Below are positions 39,789 through 55,031 of a stretch of 64,000 nucleotides of DNA, in pieces. Position numbers and translations under genes: made by a program. Source of the stretch: the human T2T-CHM13v2.0 reference genome, Homo sapiens; NCBI RefSeq assembly GCF_009914755.1, contig NC_060935.1. The stretch is one strand, 5' to 3'. A model generated the notes under the pieces. That model worked only from the letters and a program-made list of their open reading frames with translations. It had not been told where the DNA came from and made no database searches. Every line of letters starts with the position of its first letter. Position 1 is the stretch's first letter.

Positions 39789-41407
39789 GTACCCTAAAAG
39801 AATACTATATATTTTATGAGGAAATTAAAATTTTAAAATATTCTATTAAATTTTTTGCTCAAAATTTTATGAACTGATTTGGTTTTCTTTTCTCTTTTTT
39901 TTTTTTCCTTCCTTTTAAAAATTGTATTGCTATAACAACATTGATCTCAAAGCTGTGCTGCTCCTTGTAGACTGGCTGCTAAGTTTGGCTTTCTAAGAGC
40001 TAATGATCTGACTACCTGGCTGGTCTCTTATTTCTGAAGAGCTCTCATGCTCCTCCTGTGTTTGCATTAAAAATGCGTTTTACCCTGTGGAGTGCATTAG
40101 TCGTTTGTTTTTCATTTTCTTTTTCTTTCTGGATGTTTTCTTTCCTTCAGAATGTCACATTCCCTTGCCCCCACCCTGCCAAAATGTACCCAACCAAAAA
40201 AAGATTTTTTTTGTCTTCTTTCTTTTTCCTTTTTCTTATTTAAACATTTCTTTTTCCTGCAGAGCAAACACCTTTTACTTGTAGCAAACTTATAATCCCT
40301 GTGTAGTCAGAGCCTTTTTATTGGGACCACTGTGGTATTTCTACATTTGAGGCCCATTATTATGTGGCCTTGGGTAAAACGGTCTTGGTGAAATACCACA
40401 ACTGCACAAATTTTCAAATATCTGAACTGCACAAATATTAACTATAAATAAAGGTGTGAGACTGACCCTGACACTAGCAGCACCGAAGCCCCTGTTTATT
40501 CTTGGTTTTCTATAACAGCAGAAGAGTCAAAGGGCTCCATGTATCCTTCAGATCTGAGGTAGGCTCCGCCGACCTCAAGCTGAAGGTTCTTGGATTTTCA
40601 TGGAGCTGTCTTAAGTGGAGTTTATGTTGCAAATGTTTATATGCATGTGTCTTGTATATATGTTGCATCTTTTCACCTAAATCTGTCTGGGAAAGGGTTT
40701 AGCCCAGTCTAACAGATAGTTTTGAAAACAATAGTTGAATTCAGATCAGCTGGTAAGTGATATACTTTCAGTGATTATCTGAGTAAAATCAGCTGTTACA
40801 TGCACACCCTCTCCCCTGCAGAAGTTGATGCAACACTGTTGATTTATTCATTTATTTATCCAACAGAATATCCTCTGGACGACTAGTCAGTGTTAGATGT
40901 AAATGAAGAGAGTGTACTTGTTAATGTTACTCATTAGATTCTATAGGTCTGTGGATTTTTCAAGTGATCTTCAGCTGTAAGATTAATGTATTTAAAATTA
41001 ACCTTTGTTAATTTCTTATTAACACCAACAAAAAAAAATGGTAATCCCCGGTGGGGAGTAACCAGGCAATGGTTTTACTATTTATGTATTTATCTGAATA
41101 AACGAAAAATAATTCTTGAACATATACGCTCATGGATTGACAGCTTTCCACCTCTCTCCCCATTGTACATGAAAACATTCACAGAACACACATACACACA
41201 CAGAGCGAGAGAGAGAGAGAAAGAGAGGAGAGATTTACTGTCCTATTGCCATGTTTACATTATCTTCCATGTTTTGGTGTTTGCAAGTTGGCCTGAAGAA
41301 TGAGTTCATTCTCAAGTCATTTTGATTGCACTCATTCAACATAGAATCTTAGGATTTTGATAGCACTGATAGGGACCCTCAAGACCATCCAGCCCAAACT
41401 CCCCATT

Positions 41408-41557
41408 CTTTGTTTTGTGTTGTTTTGATTTGTTTTTTATAGGGGAAAGGTCTCACTATGCTGGCCAGGCTGGTCTGAAACTCCTGGCCTCAGGCAATCC
41501 TCTCACCTTAGCTTCCCAAAGTCCCAGCATTACAGGAGTGAGCCACTGCTACCAGCC
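41408..41557 (-). mobile_element. FLAM / Alu left monomer inserted in a MIR (~41340-41670)
   Basis: Single monomer ggtctcactatgctggccaggctggtc...cccaaagt...gagccact. Confidence 0.8.
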
Positions 41558-41716
41558 TCAAACCCCCCGTTTTACATAAGGAAAACTGAGGCAGCATGAG
41601 AGGCACCATCTTGCCTAAAATTTGGAGAGAACTGTGATTTAGTGGCTGGTCTGGGGTTAGAACTGTTCACCCTGATGAGACCTCACTCCAGAGATGGGTA
41701 TTGAGTTCCTGGGTAG

Positions 41717-42101
<385 letters not shown>

Positions 42102-42489
42102 ACTTAGGGTTTTTCTGAGACAGACTTATGAAAGACGAAATATCTGTCACCCTTTTCTCATGCTGTCCAACTGGGCTGATTAGTCTGACTCATTTTTTCA
42201 TTTCTTTCATCAAGTCCCCCAAAGGAGACATAGCTTAGTGACTGCTCGTCTGAAGAAGTTCAGACATCAGTCTCTCTCCTCTTCGTGGAATAACACAACA
42301 AACATTTATGAACGCCTGAAATGTGTGAACACTTTGCCACATATTAGCAACACAGGATAAATTAGATGATATCTGTGGAAGTGCCTGGCACCTACAGTAG
42401 ATGTTCAATAAACATTCATTCACTTACCACCTATTAGGACAGATTTAAGTCAAGACAGATTTAAACAGCACTGAATTCCAGGCAAAATG

Positions 42490-42960
42490 AATTAAGTGCT
42501 AACTAGAGGTCAAAACAGAGTGCTGTGGCACTGAAAGGAAGGAATGCTTCATTCCCATGGGTGGTCAGTGGGTCAGGAGCATGTGAACCATGCCTTGTAA
42601 GATGAGTAGGATTTTGATAGAAAGATCATGAATTAAGGGTATGTCTGGCTATGAGAATGCCACAGTAAAGGTCTGGAGTGGTGGGTGCATGGTATATTCT
42701 GGAAATGTTGGTGAATATATTGTGATTGGAACATTGGATAAATGGGAAGGATAAGGAGGAAAAGGAAGCCACAAAGGTAGTTAGGTGCCAGATTGTAGAG
42801 GAAGTTGAATGCTGAACGAAGGACTTTGGACTAATTTTTGAAGGCACAGGAGAGCCACCGAAGGTTTTAGACTGAGGGAGTTGCTCTCTGGTGATAATAT
42901 TAGAGTGGTTTGGAAGAGCAAGAAAAATGGAAATGGGGCTGGCAAGTGGCTCTGACTAGT
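42490..42960 (-). mobile_element. L2 LINE fragment
   Basis: Antisense L2 motifs: gccttgtaagatgagtagga...gccagattgtagagg...gactttggact...gagccaccgaaggtttt. Confidence 0.65.
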
Positions 42961-42990
42961 CATGGTCATTAAGAAAGACCTCCTGCTTTT

Positions 42991-43395
<405 letters not shown>

Positions 43396-44780
43396 TGACC
43401 AGGAGTGATCTACTCAGTTCCCTCTAGAACTCTGGGTACCAAGTACTGGTCAGTGCCCTCCAAAATGCAGCCAGGTTATTGTGCATCCTAGGGTGGAAAA
43501 GGCTCATGGCTTGGGTGAAAGAATGGCCTCCAGACACCCAGAGTTACGTGTTTTATGTGTCTGGTTTCCTGGGTCACTTGTGATTCTTTGCAACTGCTTC
43601 CCCAGAGAAGATACTACCCCTTCTTCCCAAGTGAATCCTGCACCCGTTAAGTGTCTGTTTATGTATCATCTTGCCCCAGGTGTGTTAGATGCGGGTCTCT
43701 CTGAAAAGAGCTGATTTTTAATCTTGTTCTTGACCCACTTTTATTAGTGAATCCGTTTCTTGAGCTGGGGTATTTTTTTTTCCTGCCAAACTCGATCTCG
43801 GTGAAGCTGATTCGCTCTTCTTGCATCCCCATTTCTGTCCACGCGAGTATGTGCCCATAGGAAAGTATCTTTTTGTGGGCCTCAGAGTGGGAACCAGACC
43901 CTTATTTTACTCTGTACATCCTGCAGCTCTCTTCTCTTCCTGCTTTGTTTTCTTGTGCTCTGTGCCTGTCACTTTTCCCCTTCTGCCCCCTAGGATTCCC
44001 ATCATTGTCCCTAAGCCCTCTTCCTCTCTTAATCCTCTTGGTTCCAACTGCCCTGCCTTCTGAAACTTTTCTCATTCATCCATCTCCGGTCTCTGCTCTG
44101 ATGTGCCTGTGCAGTGCCTTCCACGTCAGAGTGGGGTATGCGGGTGCAGACAAGACTCAGTCAGACCTCAGGATGAGACAGGATCACCAGGCAAGCCAGC
44201 CATATATGTACCTGTGTGGGGGTGGCACTGTCATACCACATCTGCACATCACATCTGCCCAATGGTGTGTGTATGTCAGAGAAGCAAGTATCCTTTAGGA
44301 TATGGACCCTAAACCAGACATTTAAAAATCTGAGTTTGGTTGCCAACTCTGCCACCGATTTCTTACATCACTTTGGACAATATCATAGTTGAGGAGTTAA
44401 ATAGAATCTGTCTGTTAGTAAATAAGACATATACTCTCCTTCCGTTTTATAATATTATTGCTATCTGCTCAACGATCTATCCATCTATCCACTAATTCTT
44501 ATACCTAGATAAAAAGTTTCTGGAACGATGTTCACCTAATGGTAATGATGGTTATTTCTAGATGGCAGGACTCGGTGTGATTTTTTTCCTAACGTTCTTT
44601 TATGCTCTTCTGCACTGCTTGAATTCCTAATAGGAAATCAGAATGCCTGGAGTGAACATTAGCTCAGATCACCATAGCCTATGCGACCCTTAGGACTTAA
44701 TCTCTCTCTTTCTCTCTCATTACCATCTATAAGGAGATTTTGAAGGTCACACCCTTCTCCCCAAATCCATGATTCTTTAT

Positions 44781-44991
44781 TTCTTCTTTTTTAGTTTTTA
44801 TTTTAAATTCAGGGGTACATGTGCAGGTTTGTTACATGGGTAAACTTGTGTCATGGGGGCTTTTTGTACAAACTATTTTGTCACACAGGAAATAAGCCTA
44901 GTACCCATTAGTTATTTTTCCTGATCCTCTCCCTCCTTCTGCCCTCCTGCCTCTGGTAGTCTCCAGTGTCTGCTTTTCCCCTGTATGTGTC
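44781..44991 (-). mobile_element. L1PA/L1PB 3' end (truncated)
   Basis: ttcaggggtacatgtgcaggtttgttacatgggtaaac...gttatttttcctgatcctctccctcct. Confidence 0.85.
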
Positions 44992-45249
44992 AAAAGGTTA
45001 TTTCTTTATTTATATAAAAATCACTTCCTTGTTTTCACTTTTAAAGATAGTTTATGCTTTTAAAAATAGTTTATGATTTTAACAATTTCCTAGGCACAGA
45101 CAGAACAATGGATAGATGGATATAGACACTCAGATATTATTACTTTTATTCAAAATGGATCATACTCTACCTGCTATTTTTAAACAAAATTATTACATTT
45201 AATTTCACTTAAATTGAAAGAAGAAAAGGGATTGGAGGAATTATTAAAC

Positions 45250-47520
45250 CTCAAATAAACATTTCTTTTTTATTGAAGATATAATTTCTTAAAATATCCC
45301 TTCTAATGTTAAGAAGGGATTATGAAATACCTGAACAGGTTGTAGTCATTATCCTTTACCCTGGGTTATTCAGTGTTCGGCAGTACTGATTTATTTCCAG
45401 CTATGCAAGTTGAGAACTCAATACTCTTTTTTCTCTTCCCACCTCCATTTCCCTCATTTTGATTTTTTACTGTTACATCACATTATTTTGTTATTGATAT
45501 TTAGTTGTATTATTTTTATTTGTGCATTGTCAAATTTTGTATTATTTCTATTTTTATATGGCCATATTTTATAGCTATTGTCTAGCATTCATTCCTTTTA
45601 CTTGTATTCTTTTACCACATCTTCTTCATTCTTGAGTTCTTTATTTAGATGTATTGTTTCATTGACTGGATTTCATTGTAAACACTTTTTTTTTTTCCTG
45701 AAACAGCCCATTGGTACTGTTTCATTGAATTATTTTATATATGCTGCCTTTTTTAAAAATAGGGATCCTATTCTTGTTTCACTCTTCATTTCTGTAGTTA
45801 TTTATCCATTGTATTCATGGTGTTGAATGTTGCGGAGAAGGCTGCCAGCATGTGGAAAAGGCTGTCAGCGTGATTATTTTCCTTTGTAGATTATTTACAT
45901 TTTCTGACTAAGTCTGAAAAGTTTTTTTCTTTATCTCTGACATTATATTTTGGTGTATGAGCTTTACGTTCAGTATTTCTAGAATCCAAGGTGCACTTTT
46001 CAATAGGCAGATTCAGTTCTACCTGGCTTAATAGTATTAACTGTAAGATCTTAGCAAGTTACTTAACCTCTTTATGCCTCAATTTATTTATATGTAAAAT
46101 ATAAATAATTATAATATGTACCTCATAGAGTTATTGGAATGATTTGCGTTAATATAATATATGTAAATTGCATAGAACAGTGTATGGCACGTAATAAGGA
46201 CTATTTAAGAGGTTGCTGTTGTTTTAGGAAAATTTTCTTGTGTTAGTTCTTTTAATATTTTTTCACTTTATGTGTTGAGTTTTCTGCTTTAAAGATACCG
46301 GTTGTTATTATTATTGATCACTTTATCCCCCAGGTCTATTGGCTTCTCCCTGATTTAAGTCCTTTCCATATACATATATTTTTTTCAATCCTTTATTCTA
46401 TAACTGTAATTTATTTTACTGTGTGTATTCTGTCCTTTTTTTATTTTTATTTTTTATTTATTTATCTTTATTTATTTATTTTTAATGACATTCTGGCATC
46501 CATTTGTTTCCTTAGAGCTGCAAGCTGCTATTTATTTTTTCATCTCATTCTGTTGTTATATCATCTTATGAACTCATGTTCTTATTAGGCTATTTTCTTG
46601 CTAAAGGCACATGTGAAAATTTTTTCTTCGGTTTCTTGAATATTTTATAGGGTGGTTGTTTCTGTGTCTTTTGCATGCTGCGTTTGTGTGTGTGTGTGTG
46701 TCTTGTATATACTTGCATTGGTGTCATTCCATTTCTTTTTTCTTGATCACGCTTTAGTAGTCCTATCCATAGTATGTTTTCTATTTACTTTTATGGTGTT
46801 AGTGATGTCTTGACTCCCATTTCACAGTATCATTTGGTTTTTTCCTTGGGGTCTACAGTTAAAGAGCTTTTTTTTTTTTTTTTTTTAAAGTAGCCTGAGG
46901 GCAAAGGGAAAAGAAGGACTCACCTGAGAGCAAGGGCAGTCTGTTAGACAGCTTAGGCTCAGTTCTCCTTTTGTAGCAGAGTTCACACTGTCTGGTTTGG
47001 GTGGGGTAATCTCCTTTTGATGGACAGACACCCTCTGGCTTCAGATTCATGTCCCATTCAGGACATGATGCTGGCGTCTCCACTTCTGCCAGAGTCAGCT
47101 TCTTTGAATACTTCCTCTGTTTCTTTCAAGCAGCTGTTCAGTTATTTCCACTGCTTCCCAGTGAAGAAGAAAAACACTAAGAGATCCTCTCAGTTTGCTT
47201 CTCACCAGGTTTAGAATGTTCAGTGAGAATTCTCAGGATTGGCTTGACTTATCACCAGAGCTTTTGAAGAGTCAGGGAGCAGATGGGAACCTTGCCATTC
47301 TGCTGCCCAGCCCCACCCCAAAATGGATTTCTTTTGTCAGCTGCCCCTTTTTGAGCTTACAGCTTTGGCCATGCCCCTGTCCTTGTCAGTGGCTGCTGGT
47401 GAACTTTGCTGTTATTTCACTAGGTTTTGGGGAAGGAGTTTCCATGAGGCAATGCTATTCTTCCCTCTTGACTCTGGATCTTTCTCTGGGTTCATTCACT
47501 TCCATCTGTCTTGCTTCAGT
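45250..47520 (-). mobile_element. Highly degenerate L1M fragments, interrupted by a MIR at ~46030-46220
   Basis: T-rich antisense L1M-like sequence (gttgcggagaagg..., tttaggaaaattttctt...); MIR core cttagcaagttacttaacctct. Confidence 0.45.
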
Positions 47521-47859
47521 CTCTCAGGAATATTGAGGAGCCGATCTACAGTTTAAAATTTTTTATGGAATTATATTTAGTTATAAAATCAATACATGTT
47601 CATTGTAACCAGTTAAATAATGCAAGTATGTATAAATACAAAGTTTCTACCCCACCCCACGTTCCCCATTTTCACTTCTGTGAAATAACAGCTTGGGAGT
47701 GGGAGGTAATGTCTTTAAAAACACAAGAACCTTTTAGAATCAAGGTACAGTGTGAATCTATTGTACCAATAATGTATGCACACAAATTTGGTCCTTTTGT
47801 ACAACTCATTAATTTGTGGAGTGTTCTCAGTGTAGTCTTGGGAGACAATAATTTGAGTA

Positions 47860-47985
47860 AGAATGTAAACTCCATGAGAGCAGGAATTTGGGGTCCTTTT
47901 TACCCCCCACTGCTATATCCTCACTGCCTGTAGCAGCTCCTGCCACATAACAGCACTCAGTACATTTTTGTTGAATAAATAAGCA
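47860..47985 (+). mobile_element. L2 3' end
   Basis: aatgtaaactccatgagagcagg...cctgccacataacagcactcagtacatttttgttgaataaat. Confidence 0.7.
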
Positions 47986-48787
47986 GGTAAATAAATAACA
48001 GGCCTCAGATATTTTTATTTTGAAAGGGATTTATGCTATTTAAGGGCAATAGGCGAGGCCTGGAAAAGAGGAATAGCTCTAGGCTATTTGAGTTAATGTA
48101 TGTAATCCAGCTGTATCATCTTAGTTGTTGTAATTGTGGATTTATGCACCAAGAGGAGGATGGGAAACAGCACAGGAACATGGATTGAGGTAGAAGTTTG
48201 AATCTGGGCCTGAGTGTCCCCCTGTCAAGCAGAAGTGATCATTTCCTCTCTGGCCTAGGCTTTAGGCTCAATACTAGTGTGAAAGGTCAGGGTTACGATG
48301 CAATCCTGGAGAGCTTGTTTCATTTCAAAGACAAGATTCTCATCATCAAAGCCTCCAGGAAGCTATTTTCCAGGCACAGGGAGGCTGGATGTGAGATTGT
48401 GCTCCATTTTCCAGCTCCAACACTGGAAAAATGTTGCAGAATAGTTGCACACATCAAGACTGGCAGAATACTAGTTGAGTGAATTTAAGGAGGTACCACT
48501 GCATATTGACTCCATTTAATATTTTCTCCTGAGACTTTATTTTTTATTTTTTATTTCTTGGTTCAGAGGACAGTAATATCTGAAGTGCACTTTTGCTGTT
48601 AATCAGATTCCATATTTTCTCTGCAGGCATGAACATACATCAGTAATGAGTGAAGCAAATCTTAGTTTGGTGAATTTGAAATCTTTTTGAATGAAAAGTG
48701 CTCTATAAATGTGATTTTATTTTTATTAACCACATTATTAAAAAAAAACTTTAGGTTGTAATTTGTTTTTTGTGTATGGTTTCCAAG

Positions 48788-48960
48788 CACTTTGCCTGGT
48801 TGAGGTTCTGCATTTTTTGTTCTCTTCTCAAAAATATAAAGGAATTACATTAATTTGGAAAAAAATCATTCTAAGTAGAAGAACTGATGCAGAAGGAGAC
48901 ATGTATGTGCTGGGGTTCCTAAAGCACACATATTTGTTGGCTAACTTGAAGAAAAATGTT
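48788..48960 (+). pseudogene. Fossil exon candidate
   Basis: ttgttttttgtgtatggtttccaag| ... TT|GTAAGT; one frame fully open (inside ORF 48763-48978). Confidence 0.45.
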
Positions 48961-49874
48961 GTAAGTGATGGGTTATAGAAATGAATTTGGAATAATTATT
49001 AATTTATATTTTGAAATTCCACTGCCACTCTTAAAAAATAAAACCTTCTTTTGTTTCTATTTTGTTTTTGGTTTTTGCTGATTGAGGTTTTGGTTCTTGG
49101 ATCACATACAATCTGTGCCCCAATTATGCTATATTAAGTTTACATAAAACTTTATTTTAATATCTCGTTTCTAATAAAAAATTCCTTTGAAGGATCAGAC
49201 CAGTATTTTTCCATATTTATTCTTAGCTCAGTGGTAGAGTTATATCAGAATTTAATCCAAATTTGCTGCTTAAAATGTAGATATAATCTGTTAATACAGA
49301 ACAATACATATTACTGATGTACTAACCTGACAATTTTGTGGCCAATATTTAAAAATTGTGATGCTGTTTGAGAAATATTTGAAATAAATGAAATGGAGCT
49401 TTTGTGTTTAAAATTCATCATTATGTAACATAGGCTTATTTTGGATTGTAATATTTCAACTACATGGTTCATTCTTCTTATTAATTCCCAGATATATTTA
49501 CCTTATAATATGCACTGTACCTGAACAAAATGTATTCTTTAAAAATAAAACATAATTATGAATATTCAATAATTTCTTATTTCTCTTCTTTCAAATGATT
49601 GAGAATTTATCGTATATAACTAGATATTTATTTTGGCTGAGAGTTGTTTAATTTGTGATGCTCAAAGTTTTCTGGGCAAATAATTTTCAGTTAAGCTAGA
49701 TATTCTTTATTTTATAAAGGAGGACAATGTTGCACTAGCATTAGTGGGTTTATATGATGAAAGTTTCATTTTATTTAATTGTTGGAATTTTCTTATTTTG
49801 TCAATGTAGACCTATCTGAAAATTGTGTGCTTTAGCTTGTTTTTGTGATTTTTAATGTACTTTTATTTTTTAAG

Positions 49875-49961
49875 GGCCACAAAAGTGATTTGAAGGCAGC
49901 TACTGTTGTTAATAAAATAATGATGTCAAAAACTGAAACACAAAATGGGAAAAATAGTTAA
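49875..49961 (+). pseudogene. Fossil (possibly last) exon candidate
   Basis: cttttattttttaag| GHKSDLKAATVVNKIMMSKTETQNGKNS*, in frame with the open frame of the preceding exon. Confidence 0.4.
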
Positions 49962-50489
49962 AGCTAAGGTTTCCATCATAATTCATTACTGGCATCAAGT
50001 ACAGGATTCTTCTAATGAGTTAGTCTAATGCTGTGATTCCACACAAGTCCCTTGGATCTGGGATGCATACTAGCTCACACCACAATAAGAACTTGAACTT
50101 GCTGTTTTTGAATATAGTTATGTGACCTTCCTTCTACCTCTTAAATGTGATTTAAAAATTGCCTAAAATTGACAAATTTTTCAATCATGTCTTAGTAGTT
50201 ACTATATACTCTACAATGATACAATTTTATATTTTCTATCTATTACAAGTCAAGTTACAACTGCCCTTCTGTAACCTTAGCAGGCTGCTAACTCTGTGAG
50301 TTTTAAGGCAGAGTGGTAACAGGCTTCCTAGAGTTAGAGCGTCCTTTTTGCAAGAAGATATGAGGATTTGTTGTTGGGAGCTGCTATGTATGGAAAACTC
50401 CCAGGTAGCAAGAGTAATACTTGGCCAGGCTTTCTGTGGTCAGAATGGGCAGAATGTTTTGCTACAGCAAAAGCAGGTCTAGGTAACTA

Positions 50490-50993
<504 letters not shown>

Positions 50994-52279
50994 TCAGGCA
51001 ACTTGCTCAACCTCTTTGTCTCTGTTTTGTCTTCTGTAAAATATCAACCATAACTGCCTATCTGTATCAGCAGCTACTCTGAGATCTAACAAAACAGAGT
51101 ATACCAGAGGATATAAAGTGCTATATAAACGTAAATAATTTATTATCATTATAAGTAAAAATTTCAGACTTTTTCTGAGAAATTGTGTGCCACAGTTCCT
51201 TGCATTCTGAGATAAAAAGCGGGCATGTGTTCTTTTGGGAGTATGTGTGTTTGAAAATACAGCAAAGAAATTAGACAATCTTAAAGAGTTGCCTTTCATA
51301 TTGTGAATACAGCTGATCTAATGGCTGAGGAGTCCAGAGTATCTAAATGAGGATTATTGGCAACACAGAGCAAAGAACTCTAATGCTGCAATATCCTAGC
51401 AGGACACAAGTAGGAAAGACTCTTCAAGGTCATTGACATCTGCCTCTGGTCAGGTCAATTCCTAAAATATTCAAGGTAGAAGGGCCTGGTCTATTTGTAA
51501 CTATCTCCATGAAGGGGCTTCTCATGAAAGGAGTAGTGTAGTAGTATTTAATCAATTTAATCTACTTAGTGAAGTTCTTCCTGATGTACTCATATCGTTA
51601 CAATCCAAGCACCTTTCCGCAGACCAGGTGTTTTGAGATATGGGGGCAATTCACCTGCACCCTAGTGGAATCTTAACCTGGGAACATCACTCCTAAAGTG
51701 GCCCTACTTCAGGGTTCCCTGAGTTGCAGGCAGGGCCATAGCTAAGGCTGCCATTTTGTGGAAGTGGAGTCGGTGATTACTATGTGATTATAGCTGAGGA
51801 TCTCAGGGGAACTTTTTTATCAATAAACAATCATCCTACCTGTCTATGTTCATTAGGATTTATAAGATACTTTCTCAAACATTAGTGCATTTGGCCCTCA
51901 AAACAAGCTCAACTGTCATTGTCTTTACTTTGAATACAAAGAGCTTGACACTTGAGGACTTCAAATCTGATGACTGCATTCACCCAGCAATGAAGAATCA
52001 GGAGACAGGACTCAAACACAGGACTGTTCCCTTCTAGTGCAGAGCTCTAAGCAGGAGTCCCTGGAGAAGTTTCCCATATCCCCATTGATTCTTTAAGCAA
52101 ATTGGGATAGGCAGTGCTCTATGTGAAAGGGAGAGGAAGTCTAACTGGGATCAATAGAGGCTTCCAATGTGAGGCCAAGCGATAAATACTCATTCTTGTC
52201 TGTGCCCCTTCTAGAGAATTACAGGCACCCACATAAAAATCAGATGACTTGAAAACACATACCTTTTCAGCATGGCATT

Positions 52280-52430
52280 GGGAGTCAATGTGAGCAGTCT
52301 GTGTGATCTGGGGCAAGATATTTAGCTTCTCCAGGCCTTGCATTTTGTATCCGCAAGATGGGAATCCCAGTAGTCCCTACTTCAGATGATGGTTGTGGAA
52401 GTTAAATGAATTAATATATGTAAAGTGCTT
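52280..52430 (+). mobile_element. MIR
   Basis: tgtgtgatctggggcaaga...gttgtggaagttaaatgaattaatatatgtaaagtgcttag. Confidence 0.65.
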
Positions 52431-52644
52431 AGCTCAGATAGGAGTATACTCCATATAGTATATATTATTATCTTAATTGTTATTGTGTTGAGACCTTTTG
52501 CTTCATTATAGAAATGTTCTAAGTAGGATATTGTATCCTAAATTGTCTTGCTTCCTTTTGTGAATCTTTGACTATGACAGGGATCATGGAAGAGAGAAAA
52601 GAGAAAGGAGGGAAGATGGTGGATGTGCTGGCACGTGTGCTCCT

Positions 52645-52646
<2 letters not shown>

Positions 52647-52686
<40 letters not shown>
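52647..52686. repeat. (GT)20 microsatellite
   Basis: Read directly. Confidence 0.95.
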
Positions 52687-52688
<2 letters not shown>

Positions 52689-52869
52689 CATGTAGCACCT
52701 CCTGGTATAAATGCCCGAGAACCACAAAGTAAACCAAAGTCTCCAAGAAAAGAAAATAGACCATTCAGTTAAGCTCAAGCACTTACTTTACTCATACAAA
52801 AGCCGCTCAAGCACTGATTCAGAACCCATGTGCTTTTATTTTATCCTAATATTTTAAATGTATGTTCTT

Positions 52870-53010
52870 TAGCAGACACTCACTATTTTATATGTGCCAA
52901 ATACTGGTCCAAATGCCCTTACAAATAATAACTTACTTGATCTTCACAACAACCATGTGAGGTAGGAACTAATAATATACCCACTTCACAGATGAGGAAA
53001 CTGAAGCACA
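52870..53010 (-). mobile_element. MIR
   Basis: tcttcacaacaaccatgtgaggtagg...cacttcacagatgaggaaactgaagcaca. Confidence 0.75.
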
Positions 53011-53455
53011 ATAATAGAAATTCACATATTAAAAATATAAAAGGCATATAACGGTCATTGTATCATATATTTGTATAGTACTACATACTTTCTCAATGAC
53101 TTTCACATGCCTTTCTTTTATAAATTATTCTAAGTTTTAATTATCAATTTTCTTGGCTCACTGCAGATTAGAAGCTGTGGGTTAGAAGTTAGGAGTGACA
53201 TTGATGGTGGCGGAAGAACGGATTTTGAGATAGTAGATAGAAAGGCTATAAGATGCAGTTGTGAGAACTCAGACAGCACCCTGATCTGAGACTGTTCCAT
53301 GTAGTGGAAACAAACCCTACACATTTCAGTACATCCTGAGTGCACAGCTCCTGTCTGGACTTTAACTGAAGTTCATGCTGACAGATGGACCATCAGGAAG
53401 ATGAGGTGATGGTTCCTTCAAGAGGAATATATACATTTTTTAAAAGTAAAAATAA

Positions 53456-53746
53456 GGCCAGGTGCGGTGGCTCACGTCTGCAATCCCAATACTTTGGGAG
53501 GCTGAGGCGGGCAGATTGCTTGAGCCCAGTCAAGACCAGCCTGGGCAACAGGGTGAAACCCCATCTCTACTAAAAAGACAAAAAATTAGTCAGGTGTGCT
53601 GGCATGCACCTGTAGTCCCAGCTATCTGGGAGGCTGAGGTGGATCACTTGAGCTTAGGAGGTCCAGGCTGCAGTGAGCTGTGATCATGCCACTGCACTCT
53701 ATCCTGGGTGACCAGAGTGAGACTCTGTCTCAAAAAAAAAAAAAAA
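53456..53746 (+). mobile_element. AluJ
   Basis: Full dimer with poly-A tail. Confidence 0.92.
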
Positions 53747-53759
53747 GGAAAGTAATAAC

Positions 53760-54180
53760 CTTTCCTTAATTTAAAAATCAATGCCCTTTCTTTGGAGAAA
53801 AACTAGAAAGTACACTTAATCAAAGAGAGGAAAAATACCTATAACCCTACCACCCAGAGCTAACATCTTATTGTGTGCACCTGTGCATTTTGTTTGTTTG
53901 TTTTACAAAAACAGGCTCATTTATGCATTTTTCACTAAATTGAGAATAGTCTTCCATGTAATCTTTATTCACTACAATGTAATTTTAGAGTAGAACTCCA
54001 ATATATGCATATACCATGATGTATTTAACCAATCCCTTCTTGTTGGAAAATTTTCAAATTAAAATCTTTTGGCTATTGTAGGTAATGCAGCAATAAAAAT
54101 ATTTGTAGCTAAATCTTTGTGAGCATCCCTAATTATTCCTTAGACTAAATTATTGCCAAATTGCTTTTCAGAAAACTTAT
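53760..54180 (-). mobile_element. L1ME-like 3' fragment
   Basis: tttaaccaatccctt...ttttggctattgta...aatgcagcaataaa...attgccaaattgcttttcagaaa. Confidence 0.55.
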
Positions 54181-54308
54181 TCCAAGTAGTGAAGCTCTTC
54201 GAAGGCCTCCAAATGGGAATAATAGTATCTCCCCTTGCTGCCTCATAGGGACCCTCTGAGGTTTAGAATCTCAAAATTGAGAAAACATATGCACAACCCC
54301 CCAACCTC

Positions 54309-54607
54309 TTTTTTTGAGACAGGGCCTCACTCTGTCAGGCTGTAGTGTAGTGGTGTGGTCACAGTTCACTGCAGCCTCGACCTCCTTGGGCTCAGATGAT
54401 CCTCCCACCTCAGCCTCCCTGGTAGCTGGGACTACAATAGGTGCGCACCACCATGCCCAGTTGATTTTTTTTTTGTATGTGTGTTTTTTGTTAGGACCAA
54501 TTTTCGTCATGTTGTCCAGACTGGTCTCAAACTCCTTGGCTCAAGTGATCTGCCCACCTCGGCCTCCCAAAGTGCTAGAATTACAGGCATGAGCCACCAC
54601 ACCCAAC
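54309..54607 (-). mobile_element. AluJ
   Basis: Antisense dimer with J-type cactgcagcctcgacctcc. Confidence 0.92.
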
Positions 54608-54731
54608 ATGCACATCTCCTTTTTAGAACAGTGAAAAATCTTTATACAGGTAAACTATGATGAATATAATTTAGTACATATATTATATATGATATAATTT
54701 TATAAAAATATAAAATATATATAATATATAA

Positions 54732-55031
<300 letters not shown>

